Below, piece by piece: positions 26,450 through 40,398 of a stretch of 64,000 bases of DNA. The stretch's first letter is position 1, and each line of letters starts with the position of its first letter. This stretch comes from Macrostomum hystrix. Lineage: Eukaryota; Animalia; Platyhelminthes. The DNA is taken from positions 2,108,001 through 2,172,000 of the forward strand of contig CATNEN010000034.1 in NCBI GenBank assembly GCA_950097015.1, in the 5' to 3' direction. The translations under genes were made by a program, and so were the position numbers. The notes beneath the pieces were generated by a model, which saw nothing but the letters and a program-made list of their open reading frames with translations, was not told the origin of the DNA and searched no databases.

Positions 26450-29400
26450 TCAGAAAGGTGTGTCTAATGTCAACAGATACAGGCAGAAAGGGTGTCTAAT
26501 GTAATTAGATTTAGTCAGAAAGGGTGTCTAATGTAATTAGATTCAGTCAGAAAGGGTGTCTAATGTCATTAGATTCAGTCAGAAAGGTGTGTCTAATGTC
26601 ATTAGATTCAGTCAGAAAGGGTGTCTAATGTCATTAGATTCAGTCAGAAAGGGTGTCTAATGTCATTAGATTCAGTCAGAAAGGGTGTCTAATGTCATTA
26701 GATTCAGTCAGAAAGGGTGTCTAATGTCATTAGATTCAGTCAGAAAGGTGTGTCTAATGTAATTAGATTCAGTCAGAAAGGGTGTCTAATGTCATTAGAT
26801 TCAGTCAGAAAGGGTGTCTAATGTCATTAGATTCAGTCAGAAAGGGTGTCTAATGTCATTAGATTCAGTCAGAAAGGTGTGTCTAATGTAATTAGATTCA
26901 GTCAGAAAGGGTGTCTAATGTCATTAGATTCAGTCAGAAAGGGTGTCTAATGTCATTAGATTCAGTCAGAAAGGGTGTCTAATGTCATTAGATTCAGTCA
27001 GAAAGGTGTGTCTAATGTAATTAGATTCAGTCAGAAAGGGTGTCTAATGTCATTAGATTCAGTCAGAAAGGGTGTCTAATGTAATTAGATTCAGTCAGAA
27101 AGGGTGTCTAATGTAATTAGATTCAGTCAGAAAGGTGTGTCTAATGTAATTAGATTCAGTCAGAAAGGGTGTCTAATGTCATTAGATTCAGTCAGAAAGG
27201 GTGTCTAATGTCATTAGATTCAGTCAGAAAGGTGTGTCTAATGTAATTAGATTCAGTCAGAAAGGGTGTCTAATGTCATTAGATTCAGTCAGAAAGGGTG
27301 TCTAATGTAATTAGATTCAGTCAGAAAGGGTGTCTAATGTAATTAGATTCAGTCAGAAAGGTGTGTCTAATGTAATTAGATTCAGTCAGAAAGGGTGTCT
27401 AATGTCATTAGATTCAGTCAGAAAGGGTGTCTAATGTCATTAGATTCAGTCAGAAAGGGTGTCTAATGTTATTAGATTCAGTCAGAAAGGTGTGTCTAAT
27501 GTAATTAGATTCAGTCAGAAAGGGTGTCTAATGTCATTAGATTCAGTCAGAAAGGGTGTCTAATGTCATTAGATTCAGTCAGAAAGGGTGTCTAATGTCA
27601 TTAGATTCAGTCAGAAAGGGTGTCTAATGTCATTAGATTCAGTCAGAAAGGGTGTCTAATGTCATTAGATTCAGTCAGAAAGGGTGTCTAATGTAATTAG
27701 ATTCAGTCAGAAAGGGTGTCTAATGTTATTAGATTCAGTCAGAAAGGGTGTCTAATGTTATTAGATTCAGTCAGAAAGGGTGTCTAATGTAATTAGATTC
27801 AGTCAGAAAGGGTGTCTAATGTAATTAGATTCAGTCAGAAAGGGTGTCTAATGTAATTAGATTCAGTCAGAAAGGGTGTCTAATGTTATTAGATTCAGTC
27901 AGAAAGGGTGTCTAATGTAATTAGATTCAGTCAGAAAGGGTGTCTAATGTTATTAGATTCAGTCAGAAAGGGTGTCTAATGTAATTAGATTCAGTCAGAA
28001 AGGGTGTCTAATGTAATTAGATTCAGTCAGAAAGGGTGTCTAATGTTATTAGATTCAGTCAGAAAGGGTGTCTAATGTAATTAGATTCAGTCAGAAAGGG
28101 TGTCTAATGTTATTAGATTCAGTCAGAAAGGGTGTCTAATGTAATTAGATTTAGTCAGAAAGGGTGTCTAATGTTATTAGATTCAGTCAGAAAGGGTGTC
28201 TAATGTAATTAGATTCAGTCAGAAAGGGTGTCTAATGTAATTAGATTCAGTCAGAAAGGGTGTCTAATGTTATTAGATTCAGTCAGAAAGGGTGTCTAAT
28301 GTAATTAGATTCAGTCAGAAAGGGTGTCTAATGTCATTAGATTCAGTCAGAAAGGGTGTCTAATGTAATTAGATTCAGTCAGAAAGGGTGTCTAATGTAA
28401 TTAGATTCAGTCAGAAAGGGTGTCTAATGTAATTAGATTCAGTCAGAAAGGTGTGTCTAATGTAATTAGATTCAGTCAGAAAGGGTGTCTAATGTAATTA
28501 GATTCAGTCAGAAAGGTGTGTCTAATGTAATTAGATTCAGTCAGAAAGGGTGTCTAATGTAATTAGATTCAGTCAGAAAGGGTGTCTAATGTAATTAGAT
28601 TCAGTCAGAAAGGGTGTCTAATGTAATTAGATTCAGTCAGAAAGGGTGTCTAATGTAATTAGATTCAGTCAGAAAGGGTGTCTAATGTAATTAGATTCAG
28701 TCAGAAAGGGTGTCTAATGTTATTAGATTCAGTCAGAAAGGGTGTCTAATGTAATTAGATTCAGTCAGAAAGGGTGTCTAATGTCATTAGATTCAGTCAG
28801 AAAGGGTGTCTAATGTCATTAGATTCAGTCAGAAAGGTGTGTCTAATGTAATTAGATTCAGTCAGAAAGGGTGTCTAATGTCATTAGATTCAGTCAGAAG
28901 GGGTGTCTAATGTAATTATATTCAGTCAGAAAGGGTGTCTAATGTCATTAGATTCAGTCAGAAGGGGTGTCTAATGTCATTAGATTCAGTCAGAAAGGAT
29001 GTCTAATGTAATTAGATTCAGTTAGAAAGGGTGTCTAATGTCATTAGATTCAGTCAGAAAGGGTGTCTAATGTCATTAGATTCAGTCAGAAAGGGTGTCT
29101 AATGTCATTAGATTCAGTCAGAAGGGGTGTCTAATGTAATTATATTCAGTCAGAAAGGGTGTCTAATGTAATTAGATTCAGTCAGAAAGGGTGTCTAATG
29201 TCATTAGATTCAGTCAGAAAGGGTGTCTAATGTCATTAGATTCAGTCAGAAAGGGTGTCTAATGTAATTAGATTCAGTCAGAAAGGTGTGTCTAATGTAA
29301 TTAGATTCAGTCAGAAAGGGTGTCTAATGTAATTTGATTTAGTCAGAAAGGGTGTCTAATGTCATTAGATTCAGTCAGAAAGGGTGTCTAATGTAATTAG

Positions 29401-29450
29401 ATTCAGTCAGAAAGGGTGTCTAATGTAATTAGATTCAGTCAGAAAGGGTG
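26450..29450. repeat. 32/33-bp satellite with internal palindrome TCTAATG-T-CATTAGA
   Basis: AGGGTG recurs at 26521 and 26553; about 90 units between the UBA2 5' end and the DENND6 3' end. Confidence 0.97.
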
Positions 29451-30049
29451 TAAAATCCAAATTTTTAAGTTTGTGGTAAAAAGAAAAGCGAGTAAGCGAT
29501 ACAGTACTATCGCTAAGCACAAAGGGCGTAGCATCAATCGATAATTTATTCATTATGCAGTACCTCACACAAGTCACAATACAATTGCAATAAGTAGGTC
29601 TGTAAGTAAGTAGAATTAGGTAATTGAATGTTAAGCAATAAATCAAAAGACCCTGACTCCATTTGATTGCGATATTATGTAAAGTTATTTCATTTTTTCG
29701 ACGACTATATACAGCAATTAAAATAATAGTTTGTTATTTTAAGTAGCATTGTCAAGAAAAATTATTATTAACTTATACAAAATATTAAGTTGTAAAGTTA
29801 TACATTCCACTAAAAACCAAGTGATACGTAACTATTAGTTCATTAGTAATTTAACCCAGTCAAATATTTACCTGTCAAGGCTGTGACAGTCAAGTTAATT
29901 TAAAAAGTTTTTATGTTTCTAAACATTAATGACTCTACATAAATAACAACACTAAAAGTGGCATGTGACACACATAAAATATTGGTACTGCCAAGCTGAG
30001 TGGAATGACAGACTAAATAGCACGTGAATTCACATTAAAGTGATCTAAC

Positions 30050-30400
30050 AGGACAGATAAGGAGTGACTTAACAGGGAAGATAAGAAGTGACTTAACAGG
30101 GCAGATAAGGAGTGACTAACCAGGGCAGATAAGGAGTGGCTTAACAGGGCAGATAAGGAGTGACTTAACAGGGCAGATAAGGAGTGACTTAACAGGGCAG
30201 ATAAGAAGTGACTTAACAGGGCAGATAAGGAGTGACAGGCTAGGGCAGATAAGGAGTGACAGGCTAGGGCAGATAAGGAGTGACAGGCTAGGGCAGATAA
30301 GGAGTGACAGGCTAGGGCAGATAAGGAGTGACAGGCTAGGGCAGATAAGGAGTGACAGGCTAGGGCAGATAAGGAGTGACAGGCCAGTCTTGATAAGGAG
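30050..30400. repeat. 24-bp minisatellite (CAGGGCAGATAAGGAGTGACTTAA / TAGGGCAGATAAGGAGTGACAGGC)
   Basis: Two successive variant blocks of the same 24-bp unit. Confidence 0.9.
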
Positions 30401-30715
30401 TGTCAGACTGGGTAGAGGTAAGTTGTCAGACAGCGGATCTAGGCGAGTACAGTATCACAGAATCACATTGAAAAGCAACCAAATATGTTCCATTTTACAT
30501 CTGTGGACGATTCCCAAAAAAAACGTAAGCAATTAATAATAAATAGCTCAAAGAAGAGATGAAAAATTTGTCAAATAACTTCATACAGGTATCCATGCCA
30601 TAAAATGTGTCTCTCATGACGCAATGAAAGCAGCAAAAACGTTCAGAAACTTGTAATTTGAAAGACAATTATATAATCTAGCTCTTCTTCTAAGTGATCA
30701 ACTGACAACTGGAGC

Positions 30716-33700
30716 CTACTTGTGCCCTTGATGCTGCTGCTGCTGCTGCGGTGCGCTAAGCATAACCGCTCTGAGATCGTCAGGCATTCCGGAAATGACA
30801 GCGTCCAATTGAAATTGTAGCTGGGAAAGTTTGTCGCCAGACAGCGGAATCTGGCCTCGTTGGCCGCGTCTAAGACGCTCGCGCAGTTTCAGCACGAGGT
30901 CGACAGTCTCGACTTCGGCCCGTCCCTGGCACCAGCGGAGCAGGTCAACGCCGCACAGAGCCTCGGCGTGCAGCGCTTCGAGCTGAGCGTGCGCCTCTGA
31001 CTGACGCTGCGCCAGCCATTGGGCAAAGTTGGGCGAAGCTAGAAACCGCTGATAGAGGCCCGACCAGTCGCCACGAATCACCGTGGTTAGCTGGGGCCCG
31101 GCAGAGACCAGAGAGCGAAGAAACTCGTCCGAATTGAAGGCGCGCATTAGTGGCACAGTTTTGAATGGCGAGATGCTCTTCTGCAGCGGCATCAGGCTGG
31201 CGACGTATCGCTCCTGCGGATGGGGCGATGCGTGAGGTTTAGGAAATCTGGGATTTAAGAGGTTTATGAAATCTGGGATTTAAGAGGTTTATGAAACCTG
31301 GGATTTAAGAGGTTTATGAAACCTGGGATTTAAGAGGTTTATGAAACCTTAGATTTGGGTTTATGGAATCTGGGATTTGGGTTTATGGAATCTGGGATTT
31401 GGGTTTATGGAATCTGGGATTTGGGTTTATGAAATCTTAGATTTGGGTTTATGGAATCTGGGATTAGGGTTTCTGAAATCTTAGATTTGGGTTTATGGAA
31501 TCTGGGATTTGGGTTTATAAAATCTGGGATTTGGGGTATGAGATCAGGGATTTGAGATTATGAAATCTGGAATTGAGGTTTATGAAATCTGGGATTTGGG
31601 TTTATAAAATCTGGGATTTGGGTTTATAAAATCTGGGATTTGGGTTTATAAAATCTGGGATTTGGGGTATGAGATCAGGGATTTGAGATTATGAAATCTG
31701 GAATTGAGATTTATGAAATCTGGGATTTGGGTTTATGAAATCTGGTACGTGTACTTAGGATGCCGAGATGCTAATGGAATCTAGGATTTATGAGAATTTT
31801 GTAATGTAGAGAATGGGGATTTTTACTTTAGGATACTGGGGTATTCTAAATCTTGGATTCGAGACTTTAGGAGGTCAAGTGGCATCTGAAATCTAGGATT
31901 TAGAGATGTGACATCAGAGATTTTTTAATTTTCTGATCCGTTTGACAAAAGCTTAATATCTTTTGACGAATCTTTTGATTAATTATTTTACATAAGCACA
32001 CAGGCTCACTCACCAGCGGTATCATAAACGACTGAGTCAGCTCATAGAATTGTCGCCTAATAATGACCGACTGGGCCTCAATCTGGCGACCGCGTTGAAC
32101 GCCCTAAACAAGTAAGCAAATTAAAAGGTTTTGACACTACTCACAGTAGTGAAATCGCATTTTATAATATATATTCATTGAATACTTACCTTGCTAATTC
32201 TTTTAATAATAGTTTTGTCTGGGACAAGATAAGGCGTGTACTTGGAATAGATACCCGGCTTGAAGTCGAGACTCTTCAGACTGGAAGATTTTCGTTTCAC
32301 TTTCAATTCCTTGTCAGCAACTGCAACAGATTTGAGGAGGAAACTTAGGGATTTTCACATCGTTTTTAGGATTATTATTTATTTGACTAATTTAGTTTCA
32401 AGGCGAGCTGGGGAAAGGTTGAGGGCAGTTGGGGGATTTGGTGGAAGGGATTTGAAGGGCTTTGGTGGAAGGGATTTGAAGGGCTTTGGTGGAAGGGATT
32501 TAAAGGGCTTTGGTGGAAGGGATTTAAAGAGCTTTGGTGGAAGGGACTTGGTGGAAGGGATTTGAAGGGCTTTGGTGGAAGGGATTTAAAGGGCTTTGGT
32601 GGAAGGGATTTGGTGGAAGGGATTTGAAGGGCTTTGGTGGAAGGGATTTGAAGGGCTTTGGTGGAAGGGATTTAAAGGGCTTTGGTGGAAGGGATTTAAA
32701 GAGCTTTGGTGGAAGGGACTTGGTGGAAGGGACTTGGTGGAAGGGATTTGAAGGGCTTTGGTGGAAGGGATTTAAAGGGCTTTGGTGGAAGGGATTTGGT
32801 GGAAGGGATTTGGTGGAAGGGATTTGAAGGGCTTTGGTGGAAGGGATTTGAAGGGATTTGAAGGGCTTTGGTGGAAGGGATATGAAGGGAGTTGGTGGAA
32901 GGGTTGTGAAGGGAGTTGGGGTACTGGAAATGAAGGGAGTTGGTGGAAGGGTTGTGAAGGGAGTTGGTGGAAGGGTTGTGAAGGGAGTTGGGGTACTGGA
33001 AATGAAGGGAGTTGGTGGAAGGGTTGTGAAGGGAGTTGGTGGAAGGGTTGTGAAGGGAGGTGGGGTACTGGAAATGAAGGGAGTTGGTGGAAGGGTTGTG
33101 AAGGGAGTTGGGGTAATGGAAATGAAGGGAGTTGGTGGAAGGTTATGAATACAGCTGGCGTAATGGAAATGTGAGTTTTGGGAACAGTGATTGAGCAAAA
33201 ACTGTAAAGGTTTATTCGGGCTCACGCATATTGGCGCCAATTTTCACAATATGGGGCCAGTGTTGCAGCGCCTTAGCAAAGAATGGATTAGTCACGCCCA
33301 GCATAACTGACGGCCTGGAAACAAAAATATTAAACATTTTAGCCTCTTTCCAGCAATTATTCTATTAAAAGTAGCGACTAATGATTATAAAAAGTGTTTT
33401 ATTGAATAGCAGATCAGTAGTGACAACTATTGTGGGCAATGCATAGCAATGCATAGGCACATGGATACCACGACAAATATAATGTCCAATTTCACAGCAG
33501 GTAGGGGTAAACCCAAAAAAGCAGCACCGAAATTTCACCAATGACAGCTGTCAATCAACTATTCACCAAAAGATATATGGATACAAAAAAATTATTTACT
33601 TTTCCTTACAATTCTCGCATTGAACCTTTTCGCGAACTAAAACAAGCAATGCATGAGATGCATTGTTTGTTATGATGCAAATCCGACATCAATGAATGGA

Positions 33701-36700
33701 TTGACTACTGATGAGTAATGAGTAATGGTGAATGAGTAATGGTGAATGAGTAATGGTGAATGAGTAATGGTGAATGAGTAATGGTGAATGAGTAAGGGAG
33801 AATGAGTAATGGTGAATGAGTAAGGGAGAATGAGTAATGGTGAATGAGTAAGGGAGAATGAGTAATGGTGAATGAGTTAGGGAGAATGAGTAATGGTGAA
33901 TGAGTAAGGGAGAATGAGTAATGGTGAATGAGTAAGGGAGAATGAGTAATGGTGAATGAGTAAGGCCGAATGAGTAATGGTGAATGAGTAAGGGAGAATG
34001 AGTAATGGTGAATGAGTAAGGGAGAATGAGTAATGGTGAATGAGTAAGGCCGAATGAGTAATGGTGAATGAGTAAGGGAGAATGAGTAATGGTGAATGAG
34101 TAAGGCCGAATGAGTAATGGTGAATGAGTAAGGGAGAATGAGTAATGGTGAATGAGTAAGGGAGAATGAGTAATGGTGAATGAGTAAGGGAGAATGAGTA
34201 ATGGTGAATGAGTAAGGGAGAATGAGTAATGGTGAATGAGTAAGGGAGAATGAGTAAGGCCGAATGAGTAATGGTGAATGAGTAAGGGAGAATGAGTAAT
34301 GGTGAATGAGTAAGGGAGAATGAGTAATGGTGAATGAGTAAGGGAGAATGAGTAAGGCCGAATGAGTAATGGTGAATGAGTAAGGCCGAATGAGTAATGG
34401 TGAATGAGTAAGGGAGAATGAGTAATGGTGAATGAGTAAGGGAGAATGAGTAATGGTGAATGAGTAATGGTGAATGAGTAATGGTGAATGAGTAATGGTG
34501 AATGAGTAATGGTGAATGAGTAAGGGAGAATGAGTAATGGTGAATGAGTAAGGGAGAATGAGTAATGGTGAATGAGTAAGGGAGAATGAGTAATGGTGAA
34601 TGAGTTAGGGAGAATGAGTAATGGTGAATGAGTAAGGGAGAATGAGTAATGGTGAATGAGTAAGGGAGAATGAGTAATGGTGAATGAGTAAGGCCGAATG
34701 AGTAATGGTGAATGAGTAAGGGAGAATGAGTAATGGTGAATGAGTAAGGGAGAATGAGTAATGGTGAATGAGTAAGGCCGAATGAGTAATGGTGAATGAG
34801 TAAGGGAGAATGAGTAATGGTGAATGAGTAAGGCCGAATGAGTAATGGTGAATGAGTAAGGGAGAATGAGTAATGGTGAATGAGTAAGGGAGAATGAGTA
34901 ATGGTGAATGAGTAAGGGAGAATGAGTAATGGTGAATGAGTAAGGGAGAATGAGTAATGGTGAATGAGTAAGGGAGAATGAGTAAGGCCGAATGAGTAAT
35001 GGTGAATGAGTAAGGGAGAATGAGTAATGGTGAATGAGTAAGGGAGAATGAGTAATGGTGAATGAGTAAGGGAGAATGAGTAAGGCCGAATGAGTAATGG
35101 TGAATGAGTAAGGCCGAATGAGTAATGGTGAATGAGTAAGGGAGAATGAGTAATGGTGAATGAGTAAGGGAGAATGAGTAATGGTGAATGAGTAATGGTG
35201 AATGAGTAATGGTGAATGAGTAATGGTGAATGAGTAATGGTGAATGAGTAAGGGAGAATGAGTAATGGTGAATGAGTAAGGGAGAATGAGTAATGGTGAA
35301 TGAGTAAGGGAGAATGAGTAATGGTGAATGAGTTAGGGAGAATGAGTAATGGTGAATGAGTAAGGGAGAATGAGTAATGGTGAATGAGTAAGGGAGAATG
35401 AGTAATGGTGAATGAGTAAGGCCGAATGAGTAATGGTGAATGAGTAAGGGAGAATGAGTAATGGTGAATGAGTAAGGGAGAATGAGTAATGGTGAATGAG
35501 TAAGGCCGAATGAGTAATGGTGAATGAGTAAGGGAGAATGAGTAATGGTGAATGAGTAAGGCCGAATGAGTAATGGTGAATGAGTAAGGGAGAATGAGTA
35601 ATGGTGAATGAGTAAGGCCGAATGAGTAATGGTGAATGAGTAAGGGAGAATGAGTAATGGTGAATGAGTAAGGGAGAATGAGTAATGGCGAATGAGTAAG
35701 GGAGAATGAGTAATGGTGAATGAGTAAGGGAGAATGAGTAATGGTGAATGAGTAAGGGAGAATGAGTAATGGTGAATGAGTTAGGGAGAATGAGTAATGG
35801 TGAATGAGTAAGGGAGAATGAGTAATGGTGAATGAGTAAGGGAGAATGAGTAATGGTGAATGAGTAAGGCCGAATGAGTAATGGTGAATGAGTAAGGGAG
35901 AATGAGTAATGGTGAATGAGTAAGGGAGAATGAGTAATGGTGAATGAGTAAGGCCGAATGAGTAATGGTGAATGAGTAAGGGAGAATGAGTAATGGTGAA
36001 TGAGTAAGGCCGAATGAGTAATGGTGAATGAGTAAGGGAGAATGAGTAATGGTGAATGAGTAAGGCCGAATGAGTAATGGTGAATGAGTAAGGGAGAATG
36101 AGTAATGGTGAATGAGTAAGGGAGAATGAGTAATGGCGAATGAGTAAGGGAGAATGAGTAATGGTGAATGAGTAAGGCCGAATGAGTAATGGTGAATGAG
36201 TAAGGGAGAATGAGTAATGGCGAATGAGTAAGGGAGAATGAGTAATGGTGAATGAGTAAGGGAGAATGAGTAATGGTGAATGAGTAAGGGAGAATGAGTA
36301 ATGGTGAATGAGTAAGGGAGAATGAGTAATGGTGAATGAGTAAGGGAGAATGAGTAATGGTGAATGAGTAAGGGAGGATGAGTAATGGCGAATGAGTAAG
36401 GGAGAATGAGTAATGGTGAATGAGTAAGGGAGAATGAGTAATGGCGAATGAGTAAGGGAGAATGAGTAATGGCGAATGAGTAAGGGAGAATGAGTAATGG
36501 TGAATGAGTAAGGGAGAATGAGTAATGGTGAATGAGTAAGGGAGAATGAGTAATGGTGAATGAGTAAGGGAGAATGAGTAATGGTGAATGAGTAAGGGAG
36601 AATGAGTAATGGTGAATGAGTAAGGGAGAATGAGTAAGGCCGAATGAGTAATGGTGAATGAGTAAGGGAGAATGAGTAATGGTGAATGAGTAAGGGAGAA

Positions 36701-39700
36701 TGAGTAATGGTGAATGAGTAAGGGAGAATGAGTAATGGTGAATGAGTAAGGCCGAATGAGTAATGGTGAATGAGTAAGGGAGAATGAGTAATGGTGAATG
36801 AGTAAGGGAGAATGAGTAATGGTGAATGAGTAAGGCCGAATGAGTAATGGTGAATGAGTAAGGGAGAATGAGTAATGGCGAATGAGTAAGGGAGAATGAG
36901 TAATGGTGAATGAGTAAGGGAGAATGAGTAATGGTGAATGAGTAAGGGAGAATGAGTAATGGTGAATGAGTAAGGGAGAATGAGTAATGGTGAATGAGTA
37001 AGGGAGAATGAGTAATGGTGAATGAGTAAGGGAGGATGAGTAATGGCGAATGAGTAAGGGAGAATGAGTAATGGTGAATGAGTAAGGGAGAATGAGTAAT
37101 GGTGAATGAGTAAGGGAGAATGAGTAATGGCGAATGAGTAAGGGAGAATGAGTAATGGTGAATGAGTAAGGGAGAATGAGTAATGGTGAATGAGTAAGGG
37201 AGAATGAGTAATGGTGAATGAGTAAGGGAGAATGAGTAATGGTGAATGAGTAAGGGAGAATGAGTAATGGTGAATGAGTAAGGGAGAATGAGTAAGGCCG
37301 AATGAGTAAGGCCGAATGAGTAATGGTGAATGAGTAAGGGAGAATGAGTAATGGTGAATGAGTAAGGGAGAATGAGTAATGGTGAATGAGTAAGGGAGAA
37401 TGAGTAAGGCCGAATGAGTAATGGTGAATGAGTAAGGCCGAATGAGTAATGGTGAATGAGTAAGGGAGAATGAGTAATGGTGAATGAGTAAGGGAGAATG
37501 AGTAATGGTGAATGAGTAAGGGAGGATGAGTAATGGCGAATGAGTAAGGGAGAATGAGTAATGGTGAATGAGTAAGGGAGAATGAGTAATGGTGAATGAG
37601 TAAGGGAGAATGAGTAAGGCCGAATGAGTAATGGTGAATGAGTAAGGCCGAATGAGTAATGGTGAATGAGTAAGGGAGAATGAGTATTGGTGAATGAGTA
37701 AGGGAGAATGAGTAATGGTGAATGAGTAAGGCCGAATGAGTAATGGTGAATGAGTAAGGGAGTATGAGTAATGGTGAATGAGTAAGGGAGGATGAGTAAT
37801 GGCGAATGAGTAAGGCCAAATGAGTAATGGTGAATGAGTAAGGGAGAATGAGTAATGGTGAATGAGTAAGGGAGAATGAGTAATGGTGAATGAGTAAGGG
37901 AGGATGAGTAATGGCGAATGAGTAAGGCCAAATGAGTAATGGCGAATGAGTAAGGCCAAATGAGTAATGGTGAATGAGTAAGGGAGAATGAGTAATGGTG
38001 AATGAGTAAGGGAGGATGAGTAATGGCGAATGAGTAAGGCCAAATGAGTAATGGCGAATGAGTAAGGCCAAATGAGTAATGGTGAATGAGTAAGGGTGAA
38101 TGAGTAATGGTGAATGAGTAAGGGAGAATGAGAACGATAGACAGTTAAGTAGCAAGCTAAGTAATAAAATGAACATATTTCATGACAAACAGCGCAATCA
38201 GACGCGAGAACTCTACTCTGAGTAGCCAAGTAAGCGAATTTAAGTCCGTAATAAGCAAAAACTCACGGCGCTTGAGATTTAGCAGTGAACTCCTTGAACT
38301 CGCAGTCGTGTATTGTGAAATACGGTCGATAATCCGTTGCGTATTTCAACGGGAAAATGCAGTTAACCAGAGCCTGGATCAAATTCGAACAGGTGTCAGG
38401 ATCGGGGCCCATGACAATTAGGGGAGCGTTCAACAACACGAGTTCCCATAGCAACTGAGCGTGAGGCAGAACAGGACTCAGTGCGTTGAACATGTTGACC
38501 TCGTGCACAGTGGGCAGAACGCGATCGGGCGCCGGCGCGGGCAGCAGACGGACGTCGTCGGCAGCTGATGAGCCAGATGTTGCTAACGCAGGATTGGGTT
38601 GCCGGTCATTTGCTGCCGGGATGCGGATCTGAGCGGATGGAGAGGGCCGAACTCCTGAAGCTAATTTCTCACAAATCTCATCTCCTAGAGCTAATTTCTC
38701 ACAAATCTCATCTCCTAGAGCTAATTTCTCACAAATCTAATCTCCTGGAGCTAATTTCTCACAAATCTCATCTCCTAGAGCTAATTTCTCACAAATCTAA
38801 TCTCCTAGAGCTAATTTCTCACAAATCTAATCTCCTGGAGCTAATTTCTCACAAATCTCATCTCCTAGAGCTAATTTCTCACATATCTCATCTCCTAGAG
38901 CTAATTTCTCACAAATCTAATCTCCTGGAGCTATTGTCTCACAAATCTCATCTCCTAGAGCTAATTTCTCACATATCTCATCTCCTAGAGCTAATTTCTC
39001 ACAAATCTAATCTCCTGGAGCTATTGTCTCACAAATCTCATCTCCTGGAGCTAATTTCTCACAAATCTCATCTCCTAGAGCAAATTTCTCACAACTATAA
39101 ACTCCTAGAGCAAATTTCTCACATATATCATCTTCTGGAGCTAATGTCTCACAAATCTCATCTCCTGGAGCTAATTTCTCACAAATCTCATCTCCTAGAG
39201 CTAATTTCTCACAACTATAAACTCCTAGAGCAAATTTCTCACATATATCATCTTCTGGAGCTAATGTCTCACAAATCTCATGTCCTGGAGCTAATTTCTC
39301 ACAAATCTCATCTCCTAGAGCTAATTTCTCACAAATATAAACTCCAAGAGCTAATTTCTCACAAATGTCATCTCCTGGAGCTAATTTCTCACAAATATCA
39401 TCTCCTGGAGCTAATTTCTCACAAATCTCATCTCCTTATATTCAATCTCATCTCAAGACATCTATAGTTCGTATTTACTTTTCAGTGAAGCAGAATTCAA
39501 ATCTCACCTGCAGCACGGAGCCCAGAATGGGCAGGTGAAGCAATTGGCCTGGCACAGGCGCTGGCCATTGGTCAATGTCGTGACAGACAGCTTCTAAGAA
39601 GGCCGGTCCGTTAACAAAGAACTCCGGCGACACCAACTGCAGCAGATGCCGATAGAGGGCCACGTATGGTAGGCGGCTCATTAAGACAACGGACTTTTGA

Positions 39701-40398
39701 AAATAACCACGACGAATGCTAGCGTCCTTGACCTGAGATCAATTAGAATGGGGAATTGTGAAACATATATGCATTACAAGAGCCGACAACGATATCGAAA
39801 ACTAGATACATTAATTATCGTTTGATCGAGAGGTCGGGAGTTCGAATCTCAGCCAGTGGGAAGATAAGAAAAGTGCATAAGAAAAACAGAGCAACGCGGA
39901 GTACAATTAGCCCGAAAATTTCAGAGCTCCTATTATCGATATCGTTAAACAACAGAAAATCAATCGAACCTGACGAAAGTAGACAAAGCCAAACAGATAG
40001 CCACTACAGCTGTGCAGATAGCTAGGCGCTAATTGTTCCATTGTGGCGTGCCTGCCCGCACCTTGGGCTCGTTGCCGATAGGAGCGCCGGGGCCCAGCGC
40101 CACTAGCGCTAATTAAGCACTGCTCCCGAATTCGAAAATGATACTGCGTGTCGCCCATACAGCCGCTATTAGAGTCGGGAAATGCCAAATAGCAGACTGA
40201 AGTCTTCTCGGCATCCGACAGCGTGATGTGAGCCGGGTACATGAGCTCCATGGCCTGGCCAAGCTCCAGGTCGAAGGTCACAGTGCAGATGCAGTGCACC
40301 CAGTTGTGAAAACGATCCCATGGCAGAGTTGTGGGCGTAGGTGGCTGCTGTGGCGACTCACCAACAACAATAGACTTTGTCCCATGGATAGCCGACAT
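30716..40398 (-). CDS. DENND6: DENN domain-containing protein 6 (FAM116, Rab GEF), complete, 607 aa
   Basis: Exons 40398-39970, 39732-39508, 38628-38267, 33314-33226, 32320-32190, 32103-32014 and 31213-30716; all GT-AG with consistent phases (total 1824 nt). Motifs: [54 protein letters not shown]-like ([14 protein letters not shown]), [28 protein letters not shown]. Confidence 0.96.
31245..31745. repeat. 22/25-bp minisatellite in DENND6 last intron
   Basis: TTATGGAATCTGGGATTTGGGT-type tandem units. Confidence 0.88.
32425..33145. repeat. 24-bp G-rich minisatellite in DENND6 intron 4
   Basis: GGTGGAAGGGATTTGAAGGGCTTT grading into GGTGGAAGGGTTGTGAAGGGAGTT. Confidence 0.92.
33707..38131. repeat. 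4.4-kb 14-bp satellite (GAATGAGTAA+TGGT/GGGA/GGCC) in DENND6 intron 3
   Basis: 14-bp core with three main 4-bp variants; a rare GTTAG variant lies at 33876, 34604 and 35332 (728-bp spacing). Confidence 0.97.
38655..39435. repeat. 30-bp minisatellite in DENND6 intron 2
   Basis: CTAATTTCTCACAAATCTCATCTCCTAGAG tandem units. Confidence 0.93.

Noticed and set aside
33876-35790. TTAGGG hexamers in the 14-bp satellite as interstitial telomere
   Set aside because: Only isolated single-base variants of GAGTAAGGG; there are no tandem TTAGGG runs.
39830-39860. B-box-like GAGTTCGAATC here and GGGTTCGAATC near 59770 as tRNA genes
   Set aside because: No cloverleaf or acceptor stem could be built. At most these are SINE-head remnants.
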